Shown in pieces: positions 1 to 11,959 of a stretch of 58,472 nt of DNA. This DNA is from Octopus bimaculoides (Eukaryota). Position 1 is the first letter of the stretch, and every line of letters begins with the position of its first letter. Under the pieces are notes generated by a model, which was not told the origin of the DNA, ran no database searches, and saw only the letters and a program-made list of their open reading frames with translations. A program made the position numbers and the translations under genes. The stretch spans positions 148,269,747-148,328,218 of the forward strand of contig NC_068981.1 in NCBI RefSeq assembly GCF_001194135.2, read 5' to 3'.

Positions 1-170
1 CACCACCACCACCATCACCACCACTGCCGCCGCCACCACCACCACCACCACTGTCACCACCACCACCACCACTCCTACTAGCACTTTCTCCATCCCCTCT
101 ACCAGCTGATCCTCCTCTACTGCCACCTCTCCATCCCCAACTCTCTACCACTGCTGCTGCTACTGCTGCA
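1..170. repeat. Degenerate (CAC/CCA)n trinucleotide low-complexity tract
   Basis: caccaccacc accatcacca... visible from base 1. Confidence 0.9.
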
Positions 171-838
171 CCTTCACTAATGTCTGTTTTATAATCACCA
201 ATGAGAGAACCTTTACTTTGTTGCATGAGCTTGCAAGAAATAGTACCCAAATCGCCATCACAAAACAGCTTTACTTTTACTGACATCACTAACGACATCA
301 CTAACGACATCACTAACAACAACTAAACCTCCACCAAATCTCAGCTTACCATCTTTAATAACAGAAGAATCATTAGATACTGTGGACCTACATGCCCCAT
401 GTTTTCAATCAAAATTAACTTGGGATCATACAAGAACAAAATGAATATCACAGACTAATTAGTGTTTTCAGCAACAACAACGACGATGTCTACTTCTTAC
501 TCCACGTCATAATAAGAACTGCCATCAACATTCCAGCCTCAGACAAATGCTCTTGTTTCTTGTATATCAGCCACTTAAAAACTGCACAAAAAAGAAAGGA
601 ACATCATAAAATGAAAAATACACATCTTCCATCTAAATTGTGATTTTACCCCTTTCTTCTGTTAAACAAATATAAGAAAAAAAGCACTTGAGATATTTAC
701 TTCTATCATTAGTCAAAAAGAATGGCAATGTTCATGAGCCTTTTCAGGGCTTACAAGACTAATGGAAGGGAGGGAAGAATGAAGATATCCCCAAACTGGA
801 GACCTGGCCCAAATGCTTGTGATAGAATAGATTCCACT

Positions 839-1066
839 AAATGACCAGGAGGTGGTGTTGAAATGAGGATACCCAAGGATCAGATGATAGTATAAAACTG
901 GCTGACCCCCAATGACTAAGGGCATGCAAGGATCAGGTGATGATGTTAAATTGACCGACTACAAGGAGCAGGCAATGGTGTTAAACTGGCTGATCCCAAA
1001 GCTCAGGTGAAGGTGTTAAAATGGAGACACCCAAGGTACAGGTGATGGTGTTAAACTGGCTGACAG
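839..1066 (+). repeat. 35-bp minisatellite (about 6 degenerate units)
   Basis: Units of consensus CAAGGATCAGGTGATGGTGTTAAACTGGCTGACCC start at 874, 927, 962, 997 and 1032, with a looser unit at 839. Confidence 0.85.
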
Positions 1067-1631
1067 ATCATGTCAGTCTAATAGCTTAAAAGTCTCAGGA
1101 TCAGATGAAGGATTTGAAAGAATTATTGCATTTACCATCATCAACAATTACTTGTACAAATCGTTTGAAATTCCTGGAATCTAGAATCTGGACAAACTCA
1201 TAACAGTTCCGAAAGTGAATAGAAACCCACATATCTACCACTACAAATAACAATACAGAGTCATATCACTACATTTTGCAACTACTCAACCACAACACAA
1301 GACTCCATATCAGGTTTCTCAAACCAGAGTACTCATACATGAGAGAAAATGTTGGGGTATGTGAGGCTTGGGAAAGCATTAAAATTTTGAAGTACTCATA
1401 ACCAACTAGATGCAATGCATATGCGTAAAAAAATATGAGGTGAACATTTTGTTGTCCTCATCCATTTAGCATTGTGAATAAGGTTTCTGGCAATGTTTAT
1501 AACAAAAAACAAATTTCACTCAAGATTGTCAATTGAGAATGATAGGTGGATGTGCATCTTTGAAACCATGTCTAAAATGCACAATATCGTAAGAAAGAGA
1601 CATATTCATTGATATTTCATTCCATATTGGC

Positions 1632-1716
1632 TACCTCTGATGAGCGTAGCATTATATAATTGAATTGTTACCTAAAGCTCCATTGTATCTCTAGTGTGAA
1701 ACCAATTGGTAAGACC
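1632..1716 (+). ncRNA. Candidate hammerhead ribozyme motif with long stem II insert
   Basis: CTGATGA 1637-1643, GAAA 1698-1701, palindrome ACCAATTGGT 1701-1710, putative cleavage after A1711; stem I pairing weak. Confidence 0.4.
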
Positions 1717-1967
1717 AGTCATGATGGATATATAATACTGTACACTTCAGATTATATATATATTGACTAACAGGTTGATATAGTTCAATATAATCATGAA
1801 ACTTTCAAGTAAAATCTAAGTCAAGTTGTTGATAAATACAACTCCAACTATATATGTTGAGTACTACTTCTGTTTGTTAGTCTACTTAGCCATACACACA
1901 CACATGCATATAATCTGTGAGTGTGTGTGGTGCATGTTTGTTGTGTGTGTGTGTGTGTGTACATATA

Positions 1968-2518
1968 CAGGGTGTCCCAAAAAGATGTACTCACTCTTTG
2001 ACAGGCGATTATTAATGTATTGTTTTTTGTGATGTATGGGCTTACCTTGATGCAACAAATCCAAACAAATGGATTGGGAGGAGATGTAGCATTGAATTTC
2101 CTGCACATTCCCCAGACCTCATGCCAATGGATTTTTTTTTTCTTATGGGGACATCTCAAAGATAAGGTTTACGCTGCAAAACCAGTGACAATTGATGATT
2201 TGAAAAATGAAATTCGAATACAATGTGTTACAATTCCAAATGAAATGTTTGGTAATGTTGTCGAATCCATTGTTGGACGTTATCAGCTTTGTTTGGAAAA
2301 TGAAGGAAGACAGTTTGAACATTTGCGAACATGCAAGAATGAGAGAGAACATTAAATAATTCTAAATGACAGTAAATAGTCATTTCTACAACAATTTATT
2401 TTCCTGAATTTAATTTAACTTTTTAGGATTGTATGTATATCAATAAACATCTACTTGAACACAAAATGCATGAGTACTGGGAAGTCAAAGAGTGAGTACA
2501 TCTTTTTGGGACACCATG
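1968..2518 (+). mobile_element. Internally deleted Tc1/mariner element (551 bp)
   Basis: 35-bp TIRs 1968-2002 and 2484-2518 (1 mismatch), TA on both sides; internal frameshifted transposase C-terminus KWIGRRCSIEFPAHSPDLMPMDFF/LWGHLKDKVY...EGRQFEHL. Confidence 0.93.
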
Positions 2519-2574
2519 TATATATTTGTACATACACATACACACACATGTGTGTTTGTGTGTGTGTATATATA

Positions 2575-2822
2575 TCATCATCATCATCATCATCGTTTAA
2601 CGTCCGCTCTCCATGCTAGCATGGGTTGGACGATTTGACTGAGGACTGGTGAAACCGGATGGCAACACCAGGCTCCAGTCTAATTTGGCAGAGTTTCTAC
2701 AGCTGGATGCCCTTCCTAACGCCAACCACTCAGAGAGTGTAGTGGGTGCTTTTACGTGTCACCCGCACGAAAACGGCCACGCTCGAAATGGTGTCTTTTA
2801 TGTGCCACCCGCACAAGCCAGT
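2575..2822 (-). mobile_element. RTE-type LINE/SINE 3' end with (GAT)n tail
   Basis: Reverse complement matches the 3' end of the RTE LINE at 8180-9890 (GGAAGGGCATCCAGCTGTAGAAAC...CCAACCCATGCTAGCATGG...GATGATGAT). Confidence 0.85.
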
Positions 2823-2880
2823 CTATATATATATACGCACACACTCACACACACTCATACACGCACTCACACAGACACAT

Positions 2881-2932
<52 letters not shown>

Positions 2933-3324
2933 GGAACATATGTCACCAAATGAAATGTTCTATCTTTCCAAAAGATGGAACCAATTTAGAATTCTCAACA
3001 TGTTTGCAACCCAGACATGTGTCTGCACATGCATGCTCTCACACTAAACATTTTCACAGACTGTCAACAACTTGTTGAAAGCTCAGTGGCTGGTTACTGA
3101 AATGTTCACAAAGAGAGACTTGATGCAATGCTGACACTGAAAGATCTTTTGTTTTGGGTAGGTTGAACTACTGCACACAACTTTGTTTTCCTCATGGGGT
3201 TGAGGATATTGCAAGCATTATTTATGAGAAAAAAAATGTCTTCACTACACAGAAATTCACTATATAATCATGTCTCTACTTTTGCAAATACCAATCTTTC
3301 TTTAATCTTTTATCTTTTAATTGT

Positions 3325-3540
3325 TTTATTCACTGGTCTACAGCAATATTGGGGCACTACCTTCAGGGGTTTTAGTTAAACAAATTGACCGCAGTACTTC
3401 TTTTCTAAGTCTATCAATTTCTTCTGCTGAACTACTAAGTTACAGGGATATAAATAAACCAACACTAGTTATCAAGGAGTGTTTGTGAAGCGGGGAACAA
3501 ACACAAACTTAAAGACACACACACACACACACATATATAT
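3325..3540 (-). mobile_element. SINE family A, degenerate 3' half
   Basis: Similar to the 3' half of the full copies at 16609-16985 and 28213-28712. Confidence 0.65.
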
Positions 3541-3737
3541 ATAGGAGAATTTACGAAAAAAACAACAACAGACAAGGACAGGTAGTGTAAACAACAAAAG
3601 GATGTATTAGTTTAACGCTCGGGAATACAGAAAGTCTTTAACGTTTCGAGCTACGATCTTCAACAGAAAGAATATGGAGAAAACAAGGAGAAAAACACGG
3701 AGAAAAAAATTGAATGGTTTGGTCAGTGATCTATCAT

Positions 3738-3740
<3 letters not shown>
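3541..3740 (-). mobile_element. Short hammerhead-bearing repeat (family H), copy 1
   Basis: Reverse complement aligns with 6838-6990 and 12628-12833; mini-hammerhead motif at 3635-3671; (TA)n-type tracts on both sides. Confidence 0.85.
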
Positions 3741-3793
<53 letters not shown>

Positions 3794-3796
<3 letters not shown>

Positions 3797-5062
3797 GGTG
3801 TGATGGGTAGATTGTCGCCATTTTATATTTTTAACTTCGTGTGTGCACATTGTTTTTGATTTTGTCTTCTACACAGTATAGAAGGGTCAGTTGGGCACCA
3901 TCTGTGAGAAAAACAGCACCATGACACTATTCACTGTGCCAGAAATTTGGAAATGACATGCTGTACTGCTTGGCATTTGTGCCAGAAGCTCTAATACAAA
4001 TATTTCAGAATGTTTGGGTTTCAATCTGAGGATAGTACAGAGGATTTGGAAAGAATTAGATGAGTCTAATGGTGATTACGAAGGTATGGCTGCTCAGAAA
4101 ACTCACTCCAATCACTCTAATAAGAAAAGAACTCCTGAATTTGTTGGTGAGATTCAGGCCATGATTGACAACAATCTCTCTAGGTCAATCAGGTCCATTG
4201 CCAGGAACATGGAAGTATCTGAGTTTCTTATCAGGCAGGTGGTACATGAAGACATTCGGTATTCCTCATACAAGATGAGAAAGGGCCAATTTTTATCCCA
4301 CGCCATCAAGGACAAGAGGAAAGACTGTACTACAAAGCTTTTGAACAAACTCAAGCATCCCCGCCAACTGAACATGCTTTGGTTTTTCTCAGACGAGAAA
4401 AATTTCTGCCAGGATCAGATGGTGTATACACAGAACAACCATTGGCTTACCGTGTCCCCAAAACATGTACTGAGAGTGTTAAAAATCAAACATCCAGTCA
4501 ACATCATAGTGTTTGAAGTGATCACTAGTGATGGTGATGTTATGCCTCCATTCATCTTCTCAACACGGAGGCCGACATCAAGTACCTGGAGGAGGTAGTG
4601 CTGCCCTGGGTCAAGAGGCTGGCTATGTCGGGTAATAGGACTCTGCATCATGCCACACAAGCAGGAGAGCCCAGTCATGTCTGTCAGACAATCTCTGCGA
4701 CCACACCATCCCTAACATCTGGCTACCTAACTCTCCAGACTGTAACTCCGTCCATTATTATGTGTGGGGCACAGTTGAGTGAGAGACAAACAAAACTCCT
4801 TGTAACACCAAAATGAACTGAAGGCAAAGATTATGGCAGCATTCACCAACTTAAACAAGGAGACCATCCAAAAGAGTTGTAGGAGATTCAGAAGTCATCT
4901 GGAGGCCATGGTTAAAGCCAATGGCGATTTTATCGAAAAAATTTATTCTTTAGTATTTCAAAATATTTTTTTGTGATTTTGGTAAATATATCTGTTAAAA
5001 TGAAATGCAGTGTTATTTTCATATTTGTGTAATTTAGACGACAATTTATTCACCGCACCCTG
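3794..5062 (+). mobile_element. Near full-length but frameshifted Tc1/mariner transposon (maT/DD37D-like)
   Basis: Imperfect TIRs beginning CAGGGTG at both ends, TA flanks inside a (TA)n tract; ORF 4014-4598 has HTH region and WFFSDEKNF; frameshifted continuation has D-SAP/HT and WLPNSPDCN motifs and ends in KANGDFIE. Confidence 0.9.
4014..4918 (+). pseudogene. Degraded mariner-type transposase
   Basis: Catalytic motifs are split over frames; third catalytic Asp position reads SPDCNSVHYY. Confidence 0.85.
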
Positions 5063-5105
<43 letters not shown>

Positions 5106-5257
5106 TTACACACACATATGCATGCACACTCATACACGCACACATTCATACATATATACATGCACACACACACATATACATACATAAATACATGCATGCA
5201 TACATGCACACTTATATACATACGCACATACATACACATACATACATACATTATATA

Positions 5258-5410
5258 TTTGATGGGCTTCCACACAGTTTTTGCTTACCATAAGCATTAT
5301 TTGACCTAGAGCTATAGAAGAAGGCATTTGCTCAAGGTGCTGCACAGTGGGACTGAACCCAAATCTATGATTCTTCAAAGCAAGCTTTTTAACCACACAA
5401 CCATTCCTAT
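5258..5410 (-). mobile_element. SINE family A, tRNA-derived head fragment
   Basis: Reverse complement contains GGTTCAGTCCCACTG B-box region and the body shared with the full copies. Confidence 0.75.
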
Positions 5411-5769
5411 GTACCGTTAAGAACAATATATCATCGAAATATCTAGTTCCAAACTTTAGAATTCAAGAGAAAACTAACTAAATGGATGGGAACTGCTGTC
5501 AGGTCCCAACTTTTCCTTTCTCAGACTCTTACATCAGGAACAAATATGCCAAAACTATATTGGCATTTAAAGGCCTCCAATTATACAACTTCCTCCCAAA
5601 AGATTTATAAAAGGCGACCAATTTTCCCCAAAAGTTTAAAACTATATCCAGATGAACATTTGTCAAGCATTGTAGATTATCCACCTAAAAAATATTACGA
5701 TTAAAGCAGAGCAGCCTTCACCAATTGGTTGATTCTCCAATTAGAGATACCACATATACCGAAAAGCCC

Positions 5770-6275
5770 GATAAAGACGTTGAACCATTGCACAAATACA
5801 TATACATGTATATAGATTTATGTGTGTATTTATATATGTGTGTATGCATGTATATATGCATGCATGTTTGTGTATATGTATATGTCTATATTTACAGTTA
5901 TATCTATATATATATTTATATATGTATGTATGTAAGTATGCATGTATGTATGTATGTATGTGTATGTGTGTGTGCGTGCGTGTACATATGTATATATGTA
6001 TGTTTGTATGTATATATGTATGTATTCATATACATATAATATACACACATGTATATTATACACATACACATGTATAGGCACATATATATAGGCACACATT
6101 CATACATGTGTGTGTGTGTGTGTGGAGAGAGGGAGAGAGAGAGAGGGAGAGAGAGAGAGGGAGAGAGAGAGAGGGGAGAGAGAGANNNNNNNNNNNNNNN
6201 NNNNNNNNNNNNNNNNNNNNNNNNNNNNNNNNNNNNNNNNNNNNNNNNNNNNNNNNNNNNNNNNNNNNNNNNNNN

Positions 6276-6330
<55 letters not shown>
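5770..6330. repeat. Compound (TA/TG/TATG)n plus (GA)n microsatellite with N gap
   Basis: Directly visible; explains the many overlapping Y/I/C/V/H and E/R ORFs. Confidence 0.95.
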
Positions 6331-6802
6331 AAAAATTAAAATAAAATAAAAGTGACTGTGGCTCCACCAGTCAGTGTGGTATTAAAGCTTAGTTTTGGTG
6401 CTACTAATTAGTCAGCTGGTGTCTTGGTACTGATATCAAATGGAAAGGAAGTCGAAGAGAAGATATGCCTAGCAGATGCCAGCTGTCCCTGTAGTTGCAA
6501 TTATTGTTGTTGTTGTTGTTGATGATGATGATGATGATAGTAATGTTTGGGAGGATTATAAAGTTCTTTTCCTTTTAGTGTTTTTGAGTTGAATATCATG
6601 ATTGCTATTTAATCTTGCGAGCACATCTGTCATATAGCATAGGAAATATCATTTTTTATATGCATGGGTACATGAACATAAGCAGAAGTTTGTATTCGTG
6701 TGTGTGTGTGTGTGTGTGTGCATGTTTCCCTAAATACACATATGTACATATGTACATATCTGTATATACATGTATGTAGGTATGTTCACATATATGTGTG
6801 TG

Positions 6803-6837
<35 letters not shown>

Positions 6838-6843
<6 letters not shown>

Positions 6844-6988
6844 TTTTCTCCTTGTCTCCGTATTCTTTCTGTTGAAGAGCGTAGCTCGAAACGTCAAAGA
6901 CTTTCCGTATTCCCGAGCGTCATACTAATATATACTTTTGTTATTTACACCACCTGTCCTCGTCTGTTGTTATTATTTGTATATTCTC

Positions 6989-6990
<2 letters not shown>
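6838..6990 (+). mobile_element. Short hammerhead-bearing repeat (family H), copy 2
   Basis: Aligns with copies 1 and 3; embedded in (TA)n on both sides. Confidence 0.85.
6864..6900 (+). ncRNA. Minimal type I hammerhead-like motif (best family H copy)
   Basis: TCTTT-CTGTTGA-A-GAGC-GTA-GCTC-GAAA-CG-TC-AAAGA: 5-bp stem I, 4-bp stem II, palindromic ACGT stem III; core has U in place of A6. Confidence 0.6.
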
Positions 6991-7028
<38 letters not shown>

Positions 7029-7479
7029 ATATACTCACACACACAAATATATATATACATATATACACACACATATACATGTATATTTATACACACACAC
7101 ACGCACATATATTCTCATTATCATCATCATTACATTCATCATTGTCATCATCACCATCATAATCATTATTTAACATCTGTTTTTCCATGGCCAGACAATT
7201 TAACAGGATCCATCGAGTCACAAGGCTACATTGGCTCCAGTGCCAGCTTTGGTATGGTTTCTATAGCTGGATGCCCTTCTTAATACCAGCCCCTTTACAA
7301 AAATTTACTGGGTGCTTTTTTTTCCATGCCACTTGCACTTGTGAGATTACCATGTAAACTTGCAACACAGAAAAAGAAACGGGGGAAAAAAAAGCAAAAG
7401 CTCCCACTATTAAGAGAGGAATATTTGAGAAGTACAAGTGAGACCTAAATCCAAGGCCTCTGCCAGGGGTGTAGCCAGC

Positions 7480-8008
7480 TCACTTATGCGTACCTTCCTT
7501 CATTGGACACTAAACTCCACTTGCAAAGACCTGTTGAGGCAAGTGAAATCGAAATCGAACTAAATTCGACGACTGGCACCCATGCCAATGTCGTCTCCTT
7601 CATTGGACATGAAACTCGGCTTGCGAAGACCTGTTAAGGCAAGCGAAAGCAAAATCGTGATGGCACCTGTGCCCAGCGTTGCCTTTCTGGCACTTGTGCC
7701 GGGGGCACATGTAAAGACATTCGAGCGAGATTGTTGCCAGTGCCGCTGGACTGGCTCCTGTGCAGGTGGCACGTAAAATACACCATTTTGAGCATGGCTG
7801 TTGCCAGTACCGCCAGACTGGCCTTTGTGCTGGTGGCACGTAAAAGCACCCACTACACTCTCGGAGTGGTTGGCATTAAGAAGGGCATCCAGCTGTAGAA
7901 ACTCTGCCAAATCAGATTGGAGCCTGGTGTAGCCTTCGGGCTCCACCAGTCCTCAGTCAAATCGAACAACCCATGCTAGCGGACGTTAAATGATGATGAT
8001 GACAATGA
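7480..8008 (+). mobile_element. RTE-related 3' UTR/tail element with an internal duplication of about 100 bp
   Basis: CCTTCATTGGACA repeated about 100 bp apart; ends with the RTE tail and (GAT)n; near-identical organisation at 25308-25761. Confidence 0.85.
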
Positions 8009-8179
8009 TGTTGAAGTAGAGGTGGGTGGCTTTATGCCAGGTATTGAAAGAAGGACAAGCACTGGTACTTGTCTGTTGCTGTAGAGGCGACAGACAGCTG
8101 AGGGAGATAAAAGGAAGGTAGAAATGGGGTGCTAGAGCAAACTCTCAAGGTACAAGAGGGTGAGCATAAGAGAAGACAT

Positions 8180-9887
8180 AGACAATGAAACATGAGGGAT
8201 AGATGAATGGTTGGTGAGAGCTGTACAAGCCATGTACAGGGATTCTGTCAGAAGGTGAGGGTTGGCAACGAATATAGTGAAGAATTCTGGGTAGGGGGTC
8301 CAGCAAGGATCAGTTCTCAGCCCCCTCTTATTCATCATAGGCCTCCAGGCAATAACAGAGGAATTTAAGACAGGATGCCCCTGGGAGCTTCTCTATGCTG
8401 ATGATCTTGCTCTAATAGCTGAGTCAGTATCAGAACTACAGAAGTTTCAGGTGTAGAAGCAAGGTCTAGAATAGAAGGGCCTTAGAGTCAATCTAGCAAA
8501 AAACCAAAGTCTTAATAAATAGGAAGGCAGGCAAATCCCAAAGCCCTGCTCGATCTGTAGAAAAGGTGTAGGTAGAAACTCCACAAGGTGTACCCAATGT
8601 GAGCTATGGACACATAAGAGGTACAGCAATATCAAAGGAAGGTTAACTGGGATGATAGTTTTTGTGTGTAGCAGATGCACAGGGGCCATAAACACTAANN
8701 NNNNNNNNAGTTTTTGTGTGTAGCAGATGCACAGGGGCCATAAACACTAACGATGTCCAGAAAACAGATTCCATCACATGCCAAGGGGAAAAAACTAGGT
8801 GACCAAATCAGTAGTTGGGGTGGATGCTGTGAGAACATAGCTGCTAGAATAAGAATAGCCTGGGTAAAGTTCAGAGAGCTCCTAACTCTGCTGGTGACAA
8901 AGGTCCCTTACTCAGAGTGAAAGGTAGACTGTATAATGCATGTGCATGAACAGCCATGCTACACAGCAGTGAAGCATGGGCTGTGACTGCTGAAGACATG
9001 CGTAGGCTTGAAAGAAATGAAGCGAGTGTGCTCTGCTGGATGTGTAATGTCAGTGTGCATAAACGACAGAGTGTAAGTGCCCTGAGAAAAAAGTTGGACA
9101 TAAGAAGCATCAGACGTGGTGTGCAAGAGAGATGACTGTGCTGGTATGGTCATGTGTTGTATATGGATGAGGACAGCTGTGTGAAAAAGTGTCACCCGAG
9201 CAGTAGAAGGACCCAATGGAAAAGGTAGACCCAAGAAGACATAGGATGAGGTGGTGAAGCATGACTTTCGAACGTTGGGTCTCAGAGAAGCACTAACAAG
9301 CAGCCGAGATCTTTGGAAATATGCTGTGCTTGAGAAGACCCGGCAAGCCAAGTGAGATCATAGCCATGGCCGATGCTAGTATTGCATAACTGCCTATTTA
9401 AAAGTACCCTTCAATTGTTGGGCAAGATGCTGTGCTTGAGAAGACCTGTTGAGTCAAGTGAAGTTGTAGTCATGGCTGATGCCAGTGTCACCTGACTGGC
9501 ACCCATGCCGGTGGCATGTAAAAAGTACCATTTGAGTGTGGTCAATGCCAGTGCCACCTGACTGGCATATAAAAAGCACCATTCAAGCATGGTCAATGCC
9601 AATGTTGCCTGACTGGCTCCTGTGCTGGTGGCATGTAAAAAGCACCATTTGAGTGTGGCTGATGCCAGTGCTGGGGACATGTAAAAAGTACCATTCGAGC
9701 ATGGTCAATGTCAGTGCCACTTGTCTGGCCCTTGTGATGGTAGCACGTAAAAAACCCCCACTACACTCTCGGAGTGGTTGGTGTTAGGAAGGGCATCCAG
9801 CTGTAAAAACCTTGCCAGATCAGATTGGAACCTTTGCAGCCTCCTGGCTTGCCAGTCCTCAGTCAAATCATCCAACCCATGCCAGCA

Positions 9888-9890
<3 letters not shown>
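8180..9890 (+). mobile_element. 5'-truncated degraded RTE-clade LINE (RT C-half, PHD-like insert, 3' UTR)
   Basis: Translated GIDEWLVRAVQAMY...QQGSVLSPLLFII...PWELLYADDLALIAES (YADD 8394-8405)...GLRVNL; stops and frameshifts; followed by tandem 3' UTR units and the RTE tail. Confidence 0.92.
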
Positions 9891-9920
<30 letters not shown>

Positions 9921-10920
9921 GTGTGTGTGTTCACACATATTATACGCATATATATGTTCTCACTACAAATTTAATTTGGGCTATCCCAAATGCCAATGCT
10001 GTATTAGTACTGGCACCAACATTTGAAATACTTCACTGATATTTCTCTTTTGAAGAAATATATTCATTTACTATTAAAACTGGCAAGATACTGCTGTCAT
10101 CAGGAAGCTTCTGCTGAAATAATAATATTTACAGGAAGTGTAGCTTTTTTAGACTCGTGACCAATATATCAAATCACATTCACATGTCAAAAGTTATACT
10201 TTTGCACTCCAAGAACTAGCATTAGCTACAAAATATTTGTTGAACAAAAGAGATACTGAAGTGCATATATTCTTAAGATGCAACCAAACATGTTGATTAT
10301 GTCACATATCTGTGGAAGCTATTACGTATGTGATCAACAAGTGCTAAAAAATATCAAGTTGCTAATTTCCTATGCAGTATGACATTGCTTGATATACGTC
10401 ACCGTTTGTAAGAAAGACAACCTTGAGACAAATATAGAAAATTCTTCTGATATTCAGTCCATTTGTATATTCAAAAAGAAAGAATATTGGTGGAACGATT
10501 CCGTCAAAAATTTCTGTCACCAGTGAATGCATTATGCCTTGGGACAGGAAATAAAACTTATGTTATATGGAGGTCTGCTGTTGAATAGGTGTGCACATCT
10601 CTTTACAGCTTACAGCTTCTCTTTCCCTCCACCACCACACTATCATCACTGCTGCTGCCTTGCCCCCATCATCATCATCGTCTTTGTCATCATTGTCACC
10701 ACCATCAACGTCGTCATCATCATCATCATCATCATCATCACTATTGTTGTCGTTTTAGTGTCTACTTTCTCATGCTTGGATGGGCTGGAAAGAGTCTTAA
10801 TGAGGGAGAGTTTCTACAGCTAGGTGCTCTTTCTGTCGTTAACCCTTACCTGTCTCCAAGCAAGGTAATATATCCTTATGATGAGACATGTTTGCGAAAA
10901 CTAATGGAAATGGATGACAT

Positions 10921-10962
<42 letters not shown>

Positions 10963-10981
10963 TATTATTTATATATATATG

Positions 10982-11014
<33 letters not shown>

Positions 11015-11035
11015 ACATACTTTTTTCCCCCTTAA

Positions 11036-11959
11036 TTACCAACAGGTAGGTTCCAGCAGCCACAACCAACTAACTGTCACGTGGTACACTCCATCATCCA
11101 ATGAATGAGAAGGGCACGTAATTTTGACAATAGGTGTCCTGGAGGCGAAATTTTTTTCCCATGAGAGTTCTGGCCCCAGTAATGAACTCATTTGCATACA
11201 GCCAATCAGAGCTCATCTTGAAAATCCACATACTGTGTATTATTACAGTACAGCCAGTCAGGCATAGAATACAGTACAGCATAGAAAGTCTCACATAAGC
11301 ACCACATCTCCCACACCATCCTCATAGATCAACTGAGCACCATCTCTATATGGAGCTAACATTAGGTACCTATGCTCAGACTGAGATTAGTGATACTGCA
11401 TGTACCCATTGATACATACAAAGAGGGTGCAATACAACACAATGCCATATTGATTACGATGTTTCCAGATCAACATTTTAAATTAGGAATGTACAAAATC
11501 AGTCAAAAAATTAGGAAACTACACTCATTTACATTTTCTAGTAAATTACACAAATTGGCAACACTTATGGCATCATAGCTGAGCAGCTCTCCATTCACTT
11601 TATACACTAAATTTCACATTTGTCACCCCTATTAACCCATTTAGAACAGTTAGATTTTGCTATAACGCATATTTTCCACTGAACTCAACCAGAGTATTTT
11701 CGTGTCTAGATGGACACTAGTTTGATAGTTGAGCTCTGATTGGCTGTATGCAAATGAGTTCATAGCTGGGGTCTGGAACTCTCATGGGAAAAAAACTTTT
11801 GCATCCTGGAGCCTACTTTTTCGCTTAAATGACAGGGTTATGTGGTAGGCTCCAGCAACCACCACCAGCTACTACATATTTATTGATCTATTTTGGGATG
11901 ATGGAGTGTACCACATGATAACTGGTTGGCTGTGGCTGTTGGAGCCTATCTGGCAGTAC
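11036..11959. mobile_element. Non-autonomous fold-back DNA element with long imperfect TIRs and TTAA flanks
   Basis: Arm 11036-11215 is the reverse complement of arm 11730-11959; TTAA at 11032-11035 and 11960-11963. Confidence 0.75.

Noticed and set aside
350-418. 69-nt minus-strand exon candidate (LILIENMGHVGPQYLMILLLLKM)
   Set aside because: The donor is good but two competing acceptors give different frames, and no homology is recognised.
1100-1620. PLE coding remnant upstream of the 1.6-kb hammerhead-like motif
   Set aside because: Only faint peptide hints across broken frames; not enough to annotate.
4014-4598. Intact transposase gene
   Set aside because: The frame breaks before the second catalytic Asp and the third Asp position is mutated.
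8657-8750. 42-bp direct duplication inside the RTE
   Set aside because: Identical copies flank a 10-N gap; this is a contig-overlap artefact.
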